The position numbers were made by a program, and so were the translations under genes. Under the pieces are notes generated by a model. The model worked only from the letters and a program-made list of their open reading frames with translations. It was not told the origin of the DNA and did no database searches. This document shows, one piece after another, positions 16,926 to 26,828 of a stretch of 26,926 nucleotides of DNA. Every line of letters starts with the position of its first letter. Position 1 is the stretch's first letter. The DNA is from Synechococcus sp. (GTDB taxonomy: Bacteria; Cyanobacteriota; Cyanobacteriia; Thermostichales; PCC-7336), in the NCBI GenBank assembly GCA_051439605.1, contig JBFRWN010000026.1:1-26926 (forward strand), written 5' to 3'.

Positions 16926-17225
16926 GTGGAGAACGTCATGAAATCAATAGTCAATAACTCTGCGGAAATACTCCAACAAAATCGCAACCCCGTAGCAGAG
17001 ATGCTCAATCGATTGAATCAGCTGATTGCAGAGATTGAGATTCACAATACCAGAACAGCCAAACTGTTGACGAACTTGATTCCAGCCTCTTGTCCGTTTG
17101 AAAGAGATGTCCAACTGTTTGGACACAAGCTCTTTCACATCCCACCTCTATGCAAGCTGAATCCATTTTTTGAATCTTTGATGATTCTACGCTTTCATGC
17201 GCTGACATACTTGAGCGAACAGTGA
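16926..17225 (+). CDS. Mo-dependent nitrogenase C-terminal-domain family protein (function unknown)
   Basis: LIPASCPFERDVQLFG.KLFHIPPLCKLNPF..L..LRF.AL.YL signature. Start may be ATG 16938. Confidence 0.88.
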   Translation: MENVMKSIVNNSAEILQQNRNPVAEMLNRLNQLIAEIEIHNTRTAKLLTNLIPASCPFERDVQLFGHKLFHIPPLCKLNPFFESLMILRFHALTYLSEQ

Positions 17226-17753
17226 CCCCAAAACAACCGGGGGACGGTCGCTCAGAAACGCAAGCATATGTATAGTTGTTGAAAGGATTTTCGCTAAGTC
17301 TGACATACTTACTAATCAGTGATTGTTGGCTTTGGAATATATTGTCTTTCCACTCTAGGCAAATTCTAATATTGCAATATGAAGCATAAATTCTCTCTTT
17401 GAATCTGAGTCAGAGAATTCTCATACAGCTATTTCTCTCTATTTAGCAGTTTTAAACTTGAAAATCAAGGTTTTGATAATCGACTTCAGCTAATTACAAA
17501 ACCTGGGGTATGGCGTTCAGCAATGCTTCCTCACAACTCCAGGCTCAACCTGAATAAGTTTTAACAAGGTTTGTACTACTTTCCATCGCTTCGGAAGTGA
17601 CCGCGATCGCAGGTTCCCTATTATCTTTGTCACGTTCCAATCAGCAGATTCGAGCCAGGCTATCAATACAGACTCGATTGCCTGACAAATCCAGCCTTGA
17701 ACCCCTTTGCTCACTCTTCTTTTTCTGCGCTAACTACACAGGAGTAAAAAACG

Positions 17754-17957
17754 ATGGATTTTTCCAACAAACTCACCATCGAACAGCAATTCCGCTTACA
17801 AGTGTATTCTCAAGAGGTTCAGAACTTGAGCCACGAGCTACTTGAACAGTACTTAATTGAACTCCTTCGCCACATGATGTTGAAAGATAACGCAATAAAG
17901 CAGATCTTAAAAGGGCAGTTTGTCGGGAACAGTCGCAAGCAAGGTTTTGATGCATAG
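17754..17957 (+). CDS. nblA: Phycobilisome degradation protein NblA
   Basis: LTIEQQFRL..Y...VQNLS.E....YLIEL...MM.KDN..K..LK; AGGAG upstream. Confidence 0.9.
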   Translation: MDFSNKLTIEQQFRLQVYSQEVQNLSHELLEQYLIELLRHMMLKDNAIKQILKGQFVGNSRKQGFDA

Positions 17958-18150
17958 CCTAGCTTGGATTCCTAAACTTAGACGACCCAAAGTATCCATC
18001 CTTCCATCGTGCACTATTTATCTGCGTGACTCGCTTGATTCTCTGCGCGCAAGCATCCTTCAGGGTCAGCGTTCTTGAAGCTCTACCCACAAACTGAGCC
18101 ACTACCTGAGACCGTTCGATACAGTTTGATAGGGATATTTGGGGACAGCA

Positions 18151-18858
18151 ATGAACGCAGAAGAGGTGTTGCGTCGGTATGGAGATGGCGATCGCAACTT
18201 TGCCAAGGCGCTATTGCGAGCATCAGAGTTCTTGCATGTCAGTCTGAAGCAGGCCAACTTTGAGCAGGCGGATTTTCGGGAAGCGCGGATGGGTCAAAGT
18301 AATTTCAGTCAGTCCAATTTGCATCAAGCGGACCTGAGTGAGGCGCTGTTGTGGGGGACGGATCTCAGTCAGGCTAATTTGTCGGCGGCTCGATTGCGGG
18401 AAGCCGATCTGAGTGGGGCTAAGCTGATTGGCTGCAATTTGACAGGGGCCTACTTGCCCAAAGCAATTCTCAGCGGGGCCAATGGCAATGGCGCGAATTT
18501 TTCCAGAGCCCTGTTAATCGATGCAGACCTGCAATCTTCTTCCGATCGCCGCACCGATTTGGGTCAAGCCAATTTTAGTCATGCGGACTTGAGCTACGCC
18601 CAGTTGGGGGGAGCCCTGCTGTTCCGCGCCAATTTGACAGAAGCCCGATTGTGTCACGCAAATTTTTCTGGCACTTTGCAATCGGGACTCGCAGCCGCAG
18701 ACCTAACCCAAGCCAATTTGCAGGGGGCCGATCTCAGCTATGCCAATTTAAAAGGGGCAACCTTATGCGAGGCCAACCTTGAAGGGGCTGACCTCACGGG
18801 CACGAACTTAACGGATGCTGATTTGACAGGGGCGTGGATGCCCGATGGTTCGATATAA
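18151..18858 (+). CDS. Pentapeptide-repeat protein
   Basis: MNAEEVLRRY..GDRNF leader, many A(D/N)Lxx repeats, ending GA.MPDGS. Confidence 0.92.
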   Translation: MNAEEVLRRYGDGDRNFAKALLRASEFLHVSLKQANFEQADFREARMGQSNFSQSNLHQADLSEALLWGTDLSQANLSAARLREADLSGAKLIGCNLTGAYLPKAILSGANGNGANFSRALLIDADLQSSSDRRTDLGQANFSHADLSYAQLGGALLFRANLTEARLCHANFSGTLQSGLAAADLTQANLQGADLSYANLKGATLCEANLEGADLTGTNLTDADLTGAWMPDGSI

Positions 18859-19189
18859 CCGTGATGCCTCGACGATTATGGTCTAAGAAACTTTGGCATG
18901 GTGCAGCCAAGCATACGTCACGGGCAAGTAGAACAAGACATCCGACTCTTAGCTGGGGAATGCCAAGGCTTGTTCGAGCGCCTCTATGGCTTTCTCTTTT
19001 TGTCGATACAGGAATTTACGACCGAACTCGTGCTTGCCAGCAAGATGACTGACGGGTTCGGTCTTGGATAGCAGTCGCAAATCTCAAGGAAAGATTGCCG
19101 ATTTTCCCGAAAAGTGCCCCTCGGACTGTAACCTCCAGTTAAACCAGGCCCAGGAAACGACCGCTCTGACGTCAGGAGGCGCAACTCAT

Positions 19190-19441
19190 TTAGAGGCAAG
19201 CCAGCTCGCTGCAGGTAAAGCTCTGGTGGCAGTCTCCCTCACAGCTGTCCGAATACACTTCGAACACAGCATCGGGGCGAGCTTCAAACATCAGGCGCTG
19301 TCCTGGAAACAGTACCCGCTCGAACTCAATTTTCGCAAATTCGGTCAAGCGCACCATTTGAAGGCGATCGCTAGCGTTGATATAGAAACAGGTAGGAACA
19401 TCGACCACTTCCACAGTGGGAGATAGAACAGTGGCAGACAT
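19190..19441 (-). CDS. DUF1830-family protein
   Basis: CFYINASDRLQMVRL......FERVLFPGQRLMFEA.PDA.FEVYS; AGGAG upstream. Confidence 0.85.
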   Translation of the reverse strand: MSATVLSPTVEVVDVPTCFYINASDRLQMVRLTEFAKIEFERVLFPGQRLMFEARPDAVFEVYSDSCEGDCHQSFTCSELACL

Positions 19442-19840
19442 AACTCAATTCTCCTGTTGGCGCACAGATGACCTGTAAAAGCACCTGTAACCTGCCCCGT
19501 TCGTAGAGAAAAAATACGATTTGGCTCTAAAAGCTGTTACAGATTCTATTTTGAATCTAACCAAGCGGGTAGAAGAATGTCTGTGCTTTTGCTCACCTAA
19601 TGGTATTGCAACCTGCGCCACGAATGGCTCACTTGTTGAATCCAGCCATGCTTCTTATTATTCTTTCGACATTTCGGGGATTGCGAGGTTGTCAGCTGAC
19701 GGTGACACTGAGCCGGTGCACTTATTAACGATCTGTAACCCGCTGCTCGCTGGGTATCTGAGATGGCTCGAGCAGCTTGAAGGCCGCCATAGGTTCGATT
19801 GGCACTAGAGTAGATGCTGTAGTATTTGCTTGCATTAAAC

Positions 19841-20659
19841 ATGTCCACCTCTCCAATCCCCGTTGTGGTTAACGGTGCCATCGGTAAGATGGGCCGCGCA
19901 GTCATTAAGGCGGTGTCTGACTCGGAGGACATGGAGCTAGTTGGAGCGATCGATCGCGGCCATTTTGGCGAAGATGTGGGGGAGGTGGCCGGGATTGGAC
20001 CTGTCGAAATCCCCGTGACCAACAACCTCGAAGTGTTGATGGCGGAATTGGCCCAGGGGCAAAACCCAGGTGTCATGGTGGACTTTACCCACCCCGACTC
20101 CGTTTACGAAAACATCCGCACCGCGATCGCCTATGGAGTCCGTCCCGTTGTCGGCACCACGGGCTTAACCACAGAGCAAATTAGTTCTCTGGCAGAGTTC
20201 GCCGATAAAGCTAGCACCGGTTGCTTAATTGCCCCTAATTTCTCAATCGGTACGATCTTGCAGCAGCAAATGGCGGTGCAAGCGTCCAAATACTTCGACC
20301 ATGTGGAAGTGATCGAGCTGCACCACAACCAGAAGGCAGATGCCCCCAGCGGTACTGCCATCAAGACGGTGGAAATGCTGAGCGAATTGGGGAAAACCTT
20401 CAACCCCTCTGAGGTGGACGAAACAGAAACTATTCCGGGTGCCAGGGGAGGGATGTGTGGCGAGAACGTGCGCATCCACAGCATTCGCTTACCGGGGTTA
20501 ATTGCCCATCAAGAGGTAATCTTCGGGGGCTTGGGGCAAATTTTGACCATTCGCCACGACACCAGCGATCGCTTGGCATACATGCCCGGCGTCCTCTTGG
20601 GGATCCGCAAAGTCACTCAACTGAAGTCGCTCGTTTACGGACTCGAAAAACTGCTTTAG
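19841..20659 (+). CDS. dapB: 4-hydroxy-tetrahydrodipicolinate reductase
   Basis: [63 protein letters not shown]. Confidence 0.97.
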   Translation: MSTSPIPVVVNGAIGKMGRAVIKAVSDSEDMELVGAIDRGHFGEDVGEVAGIGPVEIPVTNNLEVLMAELAQGQNPGVMVDFTHPDSVYENIRTAIAYGVRPVVGTTGLTTEQISSLAEFADKASTGCLIAPNFSIGTILQQQMAVQASKYFDHVEVIELHHNQKADAPSGTAIKTVEMLSELGKTFNPSEVDETETIPGARGGMCGENVRIHSIRLPGLIAHQEVIFGGLGQILTIRHDTSDRLAYMPGVLLGIRKVTQLKSLVYGLEKLL

Positions 20660-20733
20660 AACAAATAGCTGTCATGCTGATTGCTCAAAAGCTGAAATGG
20701 AGAATTTACCCTGACCACCCGAGATTGACTTGC

Positions 20734-21549
20734 ATGAAGAAATTCCTGTTTGCAACCGACCTGGACGCCACGCTGATCGACCATCAGTCCTATAGCTTTG
20801 ATGCAGCGCTACCGGCAATCGAGCGTCTCAAACAACTGGACTTCCCAATTATTTTCAACTCCAGCAAGACCATTGCAGAGCAGGTGCAGTTGCGACAGGC
20901 GATCGCTATTCAGGCTCCGTTCATCGTGGAAAATGGCGCTGCAGTAGTGATTCCCCCCGGCACCCTTGACCATCCTGCTCATGCATCGGAGGCCAAGGTC
21001 AAAATTTTCGGGAGTTCCTATGGAGAGATTGTCAATCATCTGAATCACCTGCGCAGCAGTCACGGCTATCGATTCAGGGGGTTTTCCGACATGAGCTCGG
21101 AAGAGGTGGCTGATATTACCGGCTTGTCTGGGGAGGGGGCTATTGCCGCCAAGCAGAGAATGGGAACCGAGCCTCTGTTGTGGGAAGACGACGAATCGAG
21201 ATATGCGGACTTTATCCGAGCTTTGCAAGAAAAGGGGCTCAGCACCACCCGAGGGGGACGATTTCACCATGTTATGGCGGCAACTGACAAGGGGCGAGCT
21301 TTGACCTGGCTGGTGGACCGCTATCGCGTAGTTTTCCCCGACGTTGACTGGACGGTGGTGGCATTGGGGGATAGCCCCAATGACTTAGCCATGCTGAGGG
21401 TGGCCGATATTGGTGTGTTAATTCCCAATCCCCATCGTCCGCCGTTTGAGGTGATGGGGGTTGCTACCTTAATTGAGCCCGAACGACCCGGTCCGGAAGG
21501 CTGGTGCGAGGCGGTCGACAGCATATTGGGGGAGCGAGCTTCAAACTAA
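20734..21549 (+). CDS. gpgP: Glucosyl-/mannosyl-3-phosphoglycerate phosphatase (HAD IIB)
   Basis: FATDLDATL, NSSKT, PFIVENG, RGGRF.H, DKG.A, ALGDSPND..ML. Immediately upstream of gpgS. Confidence 0.85.
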   Translation: MKKFLFATDLDATLIDHQSYSFDAALPAIERLKQLDFPIIFNSSKTIAEQVQLRQAIAIQAPFIVENGAAVVIPPGTLDHPAHASEAKVKIFGSSYGEIVNHLNHLRSSHGYRFRGFSDMSSEEVADITGLSGEGAIAAKQRMGTEPLLWEDDESRYADFIRALQEKGLSTTRGGRFHHVMAATDKGRALTWLVDRYRVVFPDVDWTVVALGDSPNDLAMLRVADIGVLIPNPHRPPFEVMGVATLIEPERPGPEGWCEAVDSILGERASN

Positions 21550-21639
21550 TCGGTCTTGTGACACCTCTGTCTGTATAGCGAACACTATATGTGGAACCCA
21601 TTCCGAGATAAGGTAGGGTGTTCTTGCATTTGTAGGGAT

Positions 21640-22860
21640 ATGGCCGACTTCTATCAACACGGTGCGATCGCCACGCTACATCGACTATCCGACCGCTCAG
21701 TTGAGGATCTAGAAGCAGACATTCTCAAGTTTTCAGAAAAGCGCAAGTTAGGGCTGATTCTGCCAGCCCTTTACTCCGAATTAGAGTCTGACGCCCTCAC
21801 CAACATCGTTTACGAACTTAAGAACGTTCCATACTTATCCGAAATCGTCATTGGCTTAGACTGTGCCAATCGCGATCAATGGCTGCATGCCAAAGAGTAT
21901 TTTTCTAAATTGCCCCAACATCACCGCATTTTGTGGAACGACGGCCCTCGCCTGCAGGCCCTCGACCGCGAGTTGGCGGAGTTGAACCTGGCCCCCCAGG
22001 AACGCGGTAAAGGTCGCAATGTCTGGTATTGCCTAGGTTACATGATGGCCTCCCAAAAAAGCGACGCTTTGGCTCTGCACGATTGCGACATCACCACCTA
22101 CGATCGCAACCTCTTAGCCCGCTTAATCTATCCGGTGGCAAACCCCAACTTTGACTACCGCTTTTGCAAGGGGTATTACGCCAGAGTCAGCGAAGGCAGA
22201 ATAAAAGGGCGGGTAACACGACTGCTGATTACTCCTCTGCTGCGGGCCATGAAGATGACTCTGGGCAGCACAGACTACCTGGAATATCTCGATAGTTTCC
22301 GCTATCCCCTCTCGGGGGAGTTTGCCCTCATGTCCCACATCATTCCTGGGTTGCGCATTCCCAGCGACTGGGGACTGGAAGTTGGGGTACTCTCCGAGGT
22401 TCAGCGCAACCATGCCCCCCATCGCATTTGCCAAACTGAAATCCTGGATATCTACGACCACAAACATAAGTCCCTTTCCGAGCAGGATCGCACGGCAGGT
22501 CTAGCCCGCATGAGCATTGATATCACCAAAGCTCTGTATCGAAAGTTGGCCATTCAAGGGCATATCCTGACACGGGAAACGTTCCGCACCATCAAAGCCA
22601 CCTACTACCGGGTGGCTCTGGACATGATTGCGATGTTCCAAAACGATGCGATCTTCAACGACCTCGACTTCGATCGCCATGCAGAAGAACTGGCTGTAGA
22701 GCTATTTGCGGAAAATGTCGTTGTGGCTGGGGAAGCGTTTTTAGCCAACCCGATGGAAACCCCCTTTATTCCTTGCTGGGAACGAATTCAAAGCGCGTTT
22801 CCCAACTTCCTCGATCGCTTCTTAGAAGCAGTCGAGCTAGACACGGAGGAAGCTGCCTAG
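21640..22860 (+). CDS. gpgS: Glucosyl-3-phosphoglycerate synthase
   Basis: MADFYQHG.IATLH, LILPALYSEL, GKGRNVW, LHDCDI.TY, FCKGYYARV, GRVTRL, FRYPLSGEF, IPSDWGLEVG.L.EV, YDHKH. Confidence 0.88.
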   Translation: MADFYQHGAIATLHRLSDRSVEDLEADILKFSEKRKLGLILPALYSELESDALTNIVYELKNVPYLSEIVIGLDCANRDQWLHAKEYFSKLPQHHRILWNDGPRLQALDRELAELNLAPQERGKGRNVWYCLGYMMASQKSDALALHDCDITTYDRNLLARLIYPVANPNFDYRFCKGYYARVSEGRIKGRVTRLLITPLLRAMKMTLGSTDYLEYLDSFRYPLSGEFALMSHIIPGLRIPSDWGLEVGVLSEVQRNHAPHRICQTEILDIYDHKHKSLSEQDRTAGLARMSIDITKALYRKLAIQGHILTRETFRTIKATYYRVALDMIAMFQNDAIFNDLDFDRHAEELAVELFAENVVVAGEAFLANPMETPFIPCWERIQSAFPNFLDRFLEAVELDTEEAA

Positions 22861-22904
22861 CTGTTCCCAAACGATGGGTGTAGGCGGGCAATGCAATCCG
22901 TCGC

Positions 22905-24680
22905 TTATGAAGTAGGGGGATTGACCTTGTTGGTAATCCAGGCCGATTGATAGGGTTTTAGGCTGAAGTCAGTTTGTCCCTCTTCGATCTCCTGACCGCT
23001 AATCAGATCGAACCAAGGATCGGTGCCGATCAGATTCAATTCCCGCAGCGCCACTTTCTGGGTGCGGGGGGTGAGGTTGTGGATGGAGAAAATACTTTGA
23101 TCGCGGGACATGCTCTGGCGCCAGAAGGCAAACAGCGATCGCTTGAGGTGCAGGGTGTATTGAGTGGCATTGGGGTGAAAGGCAGGCTGGTGGCGGCGAA
23201 TTTTTATCAGGCGGGAGAGTTCTGTGAAGACAATTGACTGGGGGGACTTGGGATCGTTTAAGAGACCCTGTAACTGTTCGTAATCCCACTTGTGCCGGTT
23301 GATCGAGCGATTGTGATGAGTTCTCTCGACGGCTTCGCGATCGTTGGGGGTAGCCAGCAGGCTGTGGATATAAAACGCTGGAATGCCCTCCAGAGACATC
23401 ATGATGATTTGCGAGCACAGGAACCGCTGAATTTGCCATTTGTCTGACCCTTTGGCCGTGCCCTTCATAGCATCAAATAGGGAGATATTCACCTCGTAGG
23501 GGCTTTCAGAGCCATCGGAATGGGCTCGCATGCTGATTTCCCCACCAAATTCCTTCATACATTGGATAAAGGTGTGGTACTCGCCTTCGTCAAGCAAGCC
23601 CTCTGTAGGTCGCATCCCGATGCCATCGTGGGAGGCAGTGAAATTGAGATAGGCACACCCTTGTGGGGCAGGGGGCATACTCATCATCCAGGTTTTGAGA
23701 TGGTCGGATCTTCCCTGCAGTAGGGCATTGACGACGAGTGGAGGCAAGCTGAAATTGTAGATGGCATGGGCTTCGTTGCAGTTGCCAAAATAGGTCAGGT
23801 TTTCGCGGTTGGGAACGTTGGTTTCGGTAATCAGAATGGCTTTGGGGCAAACCAAATAGAGGATTTCCCGCAAGAGTTTCACCAGGGTGTGGGTTTTAGT
23901 TTGGTGAATGCAGGAGGTCCCCACAGATTTCCATAAATAGCCAACGGCATCTAGCCGGAAATAGCGGGTGCCTTTCTCCACGTACAGCAAAATAATCTTG
24001 AGAAACTCCAACAGCACATCTGGATTCGCGAAATTGAGGTCGATTTGGTCGTGACTAAAGGTGGCCCAGACATGCTGCTGCCCTTGGGGGGTTGTAACGG
24101 GACAGAGGAGAGGACTGCTGCGCGGTCGCGTGACTGAAGACAGGTCCGTCTCGGGATCTTCTGTAATGAAATAGTCACAGCCTGGCTGTTCCCCTTGTAA
24201 AAACTGTTGAAACCACTCGCTTTTGCTGGAGACATGATTGACCACCAAGTCGGACATCAGATCGAATTTGCTGGAAATGAGTTCGATGTCTGACCAATCT
24301 CCTAAGCTGGGATTGACTTGGGTATAGTCAATGACGGCAAAACCATCGTCAGAGCTATAGGGGAAGAAGGGCAGGATGTGAACGGCGGAGACTATCTCGG
24401 ACAAATAAGTATCGAGAAAAGAATGCATCACCTGCAGCGGGGTGCGGCTGCCGTTGTCCAAGCTGTCTCCGTAGGCGATCAGGAGGATATCGGATTCACT
24501 CCAGCGTTGGTTAGGGTGGGTTTCGCGAGCATCTGCCTGCACGTAGGGTTCGATTAGAGTAAAGATGCGATCGCATAGATCGGAAATATCTACCCCGAGA
24601 TCTGCATAAACTCCTGCGACCAATGGTTTAACCCAATTGACAAAGTATTGGGTTGGATGGTGGTCGAGACTATTGGTCAT
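22905..24680 (-). CDS. GH13_18 sucrose-phosphorylase-family enzyme, probably glucosylglycerate phosphorylase
   Basis: VHILPFFPYSSDDGFAV.DY, DLVVNHVS, WATFS.DQIDLN, RLDAVGY (nucleophile), ITETNV (acid/base), SHDGIG.RP, PYEVN. ETNV/YExN pattern and gpgPS neighbours point to glucosylglycerate. Confidence 0.85.
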   Translation of the reverse strand: MTNSLDHHPTQYFVNWVKPLVAGVYADLGVDISDLCDRIFTLIEPYVQADARETHPNQRWSESDILLIAYGDSLDNGSRTPLQVMHSFLDTYLSEIVSAVHILPFFPYSSDDGFAVIDYTQVNPSLGDWSDIELISSKFDLMSDLVVNHVSSKSEWFQQFLQGEQPGCDYFITEDPETDLSSVTRPRSSPLLCPVTTPQGQQHVWATFSHDQIDLNFANPDVLLEFLKIILLYVEKGTRYFRLDAVGYLWKSVGTSCIHQTKTHTLVKLLREILYLVCPKAILITETNVPNRENLTYFGNCNEAHAIYNFSLPPLVVNALLQGRSDHLKTWMMSMPPAPQGCAYLNFTASHDGIGMRPTEGLLDEGEYHTFIQCMKEFGGEISMRAHSDGSESPYEVNISLFDAMKGTAKGSDKWQIQRFLCSQIIMMSLEGIPAFYIHSLLATPNDREAVERTHHNRSINRHKWDYEQLQGLLNDPKSPQSIVFTELSRLIKIRRHQPAFHPNATQYTLHLKRSLFAFWRQSMSRDQSIFSIHNLTPRTQKVALRELNLIGTDPWFDLISGQEIEEGQTDFSLKPYQSAWITNKVNPPTS

Positions 24681-24942
24681 GGCTAAAGCTGGAAACGCAC
24701 AAATTTATTAGAAGTGAAGTCTAAGCAACAAAAGAGCGAACGGGCAAGTATACGTGCATGAAACCCCGTTAGATCCGACAAGGCTATTAAGGTGATGCGA
24801 TCGCTGAGGGACTTCAGAGGTATACCGGTAGGATAAGACACCCCACCAATGTTCTGCTGGACTGATGATGCACGGTCTGCCGTGTTCTGACGAGATTCAA
24901 CGTAGGGTGCCCGCTGTCTATCCTGCATAGTCCCCAGTTGCC

Positions 24943-25221
24943 ATGAACAGCACCCAAATCAATCGGAGAATTAATATCATATTGCGAACTTACGGAACAG
25001 AGCAGCCAACCGCGTTCGCATTTGATAGAGAACGACTTGAGACCTATTGGGAGGGTCGCTTTAAGATATCCAAGCTAACGGCGGAATGGGGAGGGACCCT
25101 ATTTTGCATTAGTCAGGACGGTCGAGTGGTTTACTTTAGCGGCGATCGTCGTCAAGACAAATGCCTTTCGGGGGACTGGCAGCAGTGGCTATCTAACAAG
25201 ATCGCGGAAGTAGATCTTTAG
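24943..25221 (+). CDS. Hypothetical protein (92 aa)
   Basis: Clean ATG-started ORF with globular-looking composition, divergent from the phosphorylase. No family recognised. Confidence 0.55.
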   Translation: MNSTQINRRINIILRTYGTEQPTAFAFDRERLETYWEGRFKISKLTAEWGGTLFCISQDGRVVYFSGDRRQDKCLSGDWQQWLSNKIAEVDL

Positions 25222-25594
25222 AGAACTGCCAAAAAATACAAAGAGGCTAATGAAAAAGGAGCGACCACGGTGGTTGGAAGGTCCCTTTGCATTGATTGCG
25301 AAAAGAAGGACAGGGGGGTCTTCCCAAGACTATGGCAGCTCCGGAGACACCTTAGATTGAAGTAGGCTAAGTTCATCCTCAACATCAAATCCATGGCACA
25401 TTTTGATTCAGACAGCCGTTACGACGGGCAGATCCTTGTAATATAAGCAACAGGTCTGGGTGCCAGATTGTGAAAGATGTTAATTCATTCCGTCAATTGC
25501 ATTTTTTTCCGATTGTTCCGGGAAATCTCCGCAAGAGTGACGGTGAGTCACGTTCAGAAGTTCGAACCTTGTTCTATTACAGTGAAGGCCAACG

Positions 25595-26317
25595 ATGCTA
25601 TTAAGCATAGAGCACGACTTTGTTTTTCTGTGTACTCCCAAATGTGCCTCAACTGCCATTCATGTTGCCTTAACCCCGTATAGCGATATTTCTCTACCCG
25701 ATCCCCCTCGTTTGAAACACACCACTTTCCATGATTACGACAAATACTTCAAGCCCTATCTGAAAGCAAGACTCGGCCGAGATGATTTTGAAACCGTTTG
25801 TTTGATTCGAAACCCTTTATCTTGGCTGTACAGCTGGTACCGTTTCGGGTCGAGACTCAAGTCTAGAAAAGCTAAAGGCTTCACTGCTCAACTGACATTC
25901 CCAGAATTTATCGAAGGCTACATGCAGCCCCAGCAACCTGACTATGCGAAAGTCGGTTCCCAGTTTACATTTGTGAAAAACGAAGTGGGTGAGGTGGGGG
26001 TCGACAAAATTTTTGCCTATGACAATCTCGACCAGTTCCTAGATTATATGGGCCAGAAAATCGGTCAGCCTGTCACTATCGATCGCTTAAATATTTCCCC
26101 CAGCAAGCGGCACGAGTCTTCTGCAGCTGAATTTGCCGACTTTATACGACGGAAGATCTCAAGAGTATTCAATGTCTCTCCTCCTGCAGTTGTACACGAG
26201 GAAAACTACGGCCTATCCGATAGCCTGCTAAGCGAGCTCGAAGACTTTCTGGCTGATGATTTCAGGGTATACAACCAAGCAAAAGCGAATGCCAGGGTTC
26301 CCATTGGAGCTATTTAA
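25595..26317 (+). CDS. Sulfotransferase family 2-like protein
   Basis: FVFLCTPKCASTAI (5'-PSB-like loop), KH, IRNPLSWLYSWY (3'-PB-like motif), DF.VY tail. Confidence 0.75.
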   Translation: MLLSIEHDFVFLCTPKCASTAIHVALTPYSDISLPDPPRLKHTTFHDYDKYFKPYLKARLGRDDFETVCLIRNPLSWLYSWYRFGSRLKSRKAKGFTAQLTFPEFIEGYMQPQQPDYAKVGSQFTFVKNEVGEVGVDKIFAYDNLDQFLDYMGQKIGQPVTIDRLNISPSKRHESSAAEFADFIRRKISRVFNVSPPAVVHEENYGLSDSLLSELEDFLADDFRVYNQAKANARVPIGAI

Positions 26318-26569
26318 GACATCCGTCGAGGCGAAGAGATCCTTCCCTCCCACCTCCACTCCCAGCCTGCTGTGGTTCCTGAAACAGGTCTCTGAACGGA
26401 CGACGTCCGCACCTGCCCTCTGCAAGGCTGCTCGAGAGTCTTGGGATCGAAAATTGACTATTCCTAGGCCTCTAGCGACTGTCAAGTCGCTTAGGACATT
26501 TCAGCGGCCCAGAAACCCGACCAAGCATAGATCTTCCTGTCCTAACTGAAATGACTAAAGCAATAACAG

Positions 26570-26737
26570 TTAGAAAGGATGGCCGCGATACTGACCGTGG
26601 CGAATCGCTTCCGCTGTGTCGATCTTGGACCGACCTTGCTCAAACCGATGTCCTCTGAAGTTTCCGGCAACTTTCCCCGGCACGACCCTGCCTCTATGTG
26701 GGCGTTTGTAGGTAACGCCTCGAAATTGCGTTGTCAT
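26570..26737 (-). CDS. DUF4278-family small protein (55 aa)
   Basis: GGAGG precedes the ATG. MTTQFRGVTY...GNFRG...GQYRGHPF has three (Y/F)RG motifs typical of DUF4278. Confidence 0.7.
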   Translation of the reverse strand: MTTQFRGVTYKRPHRGRVVPGKVAGNFRGHRFEQGRSKIDTAEAIRHGQYRGHPF

Positions 26738-26828
26738 TATTGCATCCTCCAACTGCCTAGGATCCAAACCATGACTCCGGCCCTGATTCATTTTTTTGCA
26801 TCAAGTAAATCGCTTAAGTAAAGACTTC

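Noticed and set aside
16926..17225. Evidence for nitrogen fixation from the Mo-nitro_C domain name
   Set aside because: The family also occurs in non-diazotrophs, and there are no nif genes here.
20455..20733. N-terminal extension of the 364-aa ORF
   Set aside because: Overlaps dapB out of frame; HAD motif I begins just after ATG 20734.
26474..26491. Hairpin AGCGACT-GTCA-AGTCGCT between convergent genes
   Set aside because: No U-tract on either side; too weak to call a terminator.
26738..26828. Glutamine riboswitch upstream of the DUF4278 gene
   Set aside because: I could not find the glnA-motif core in this spacer.
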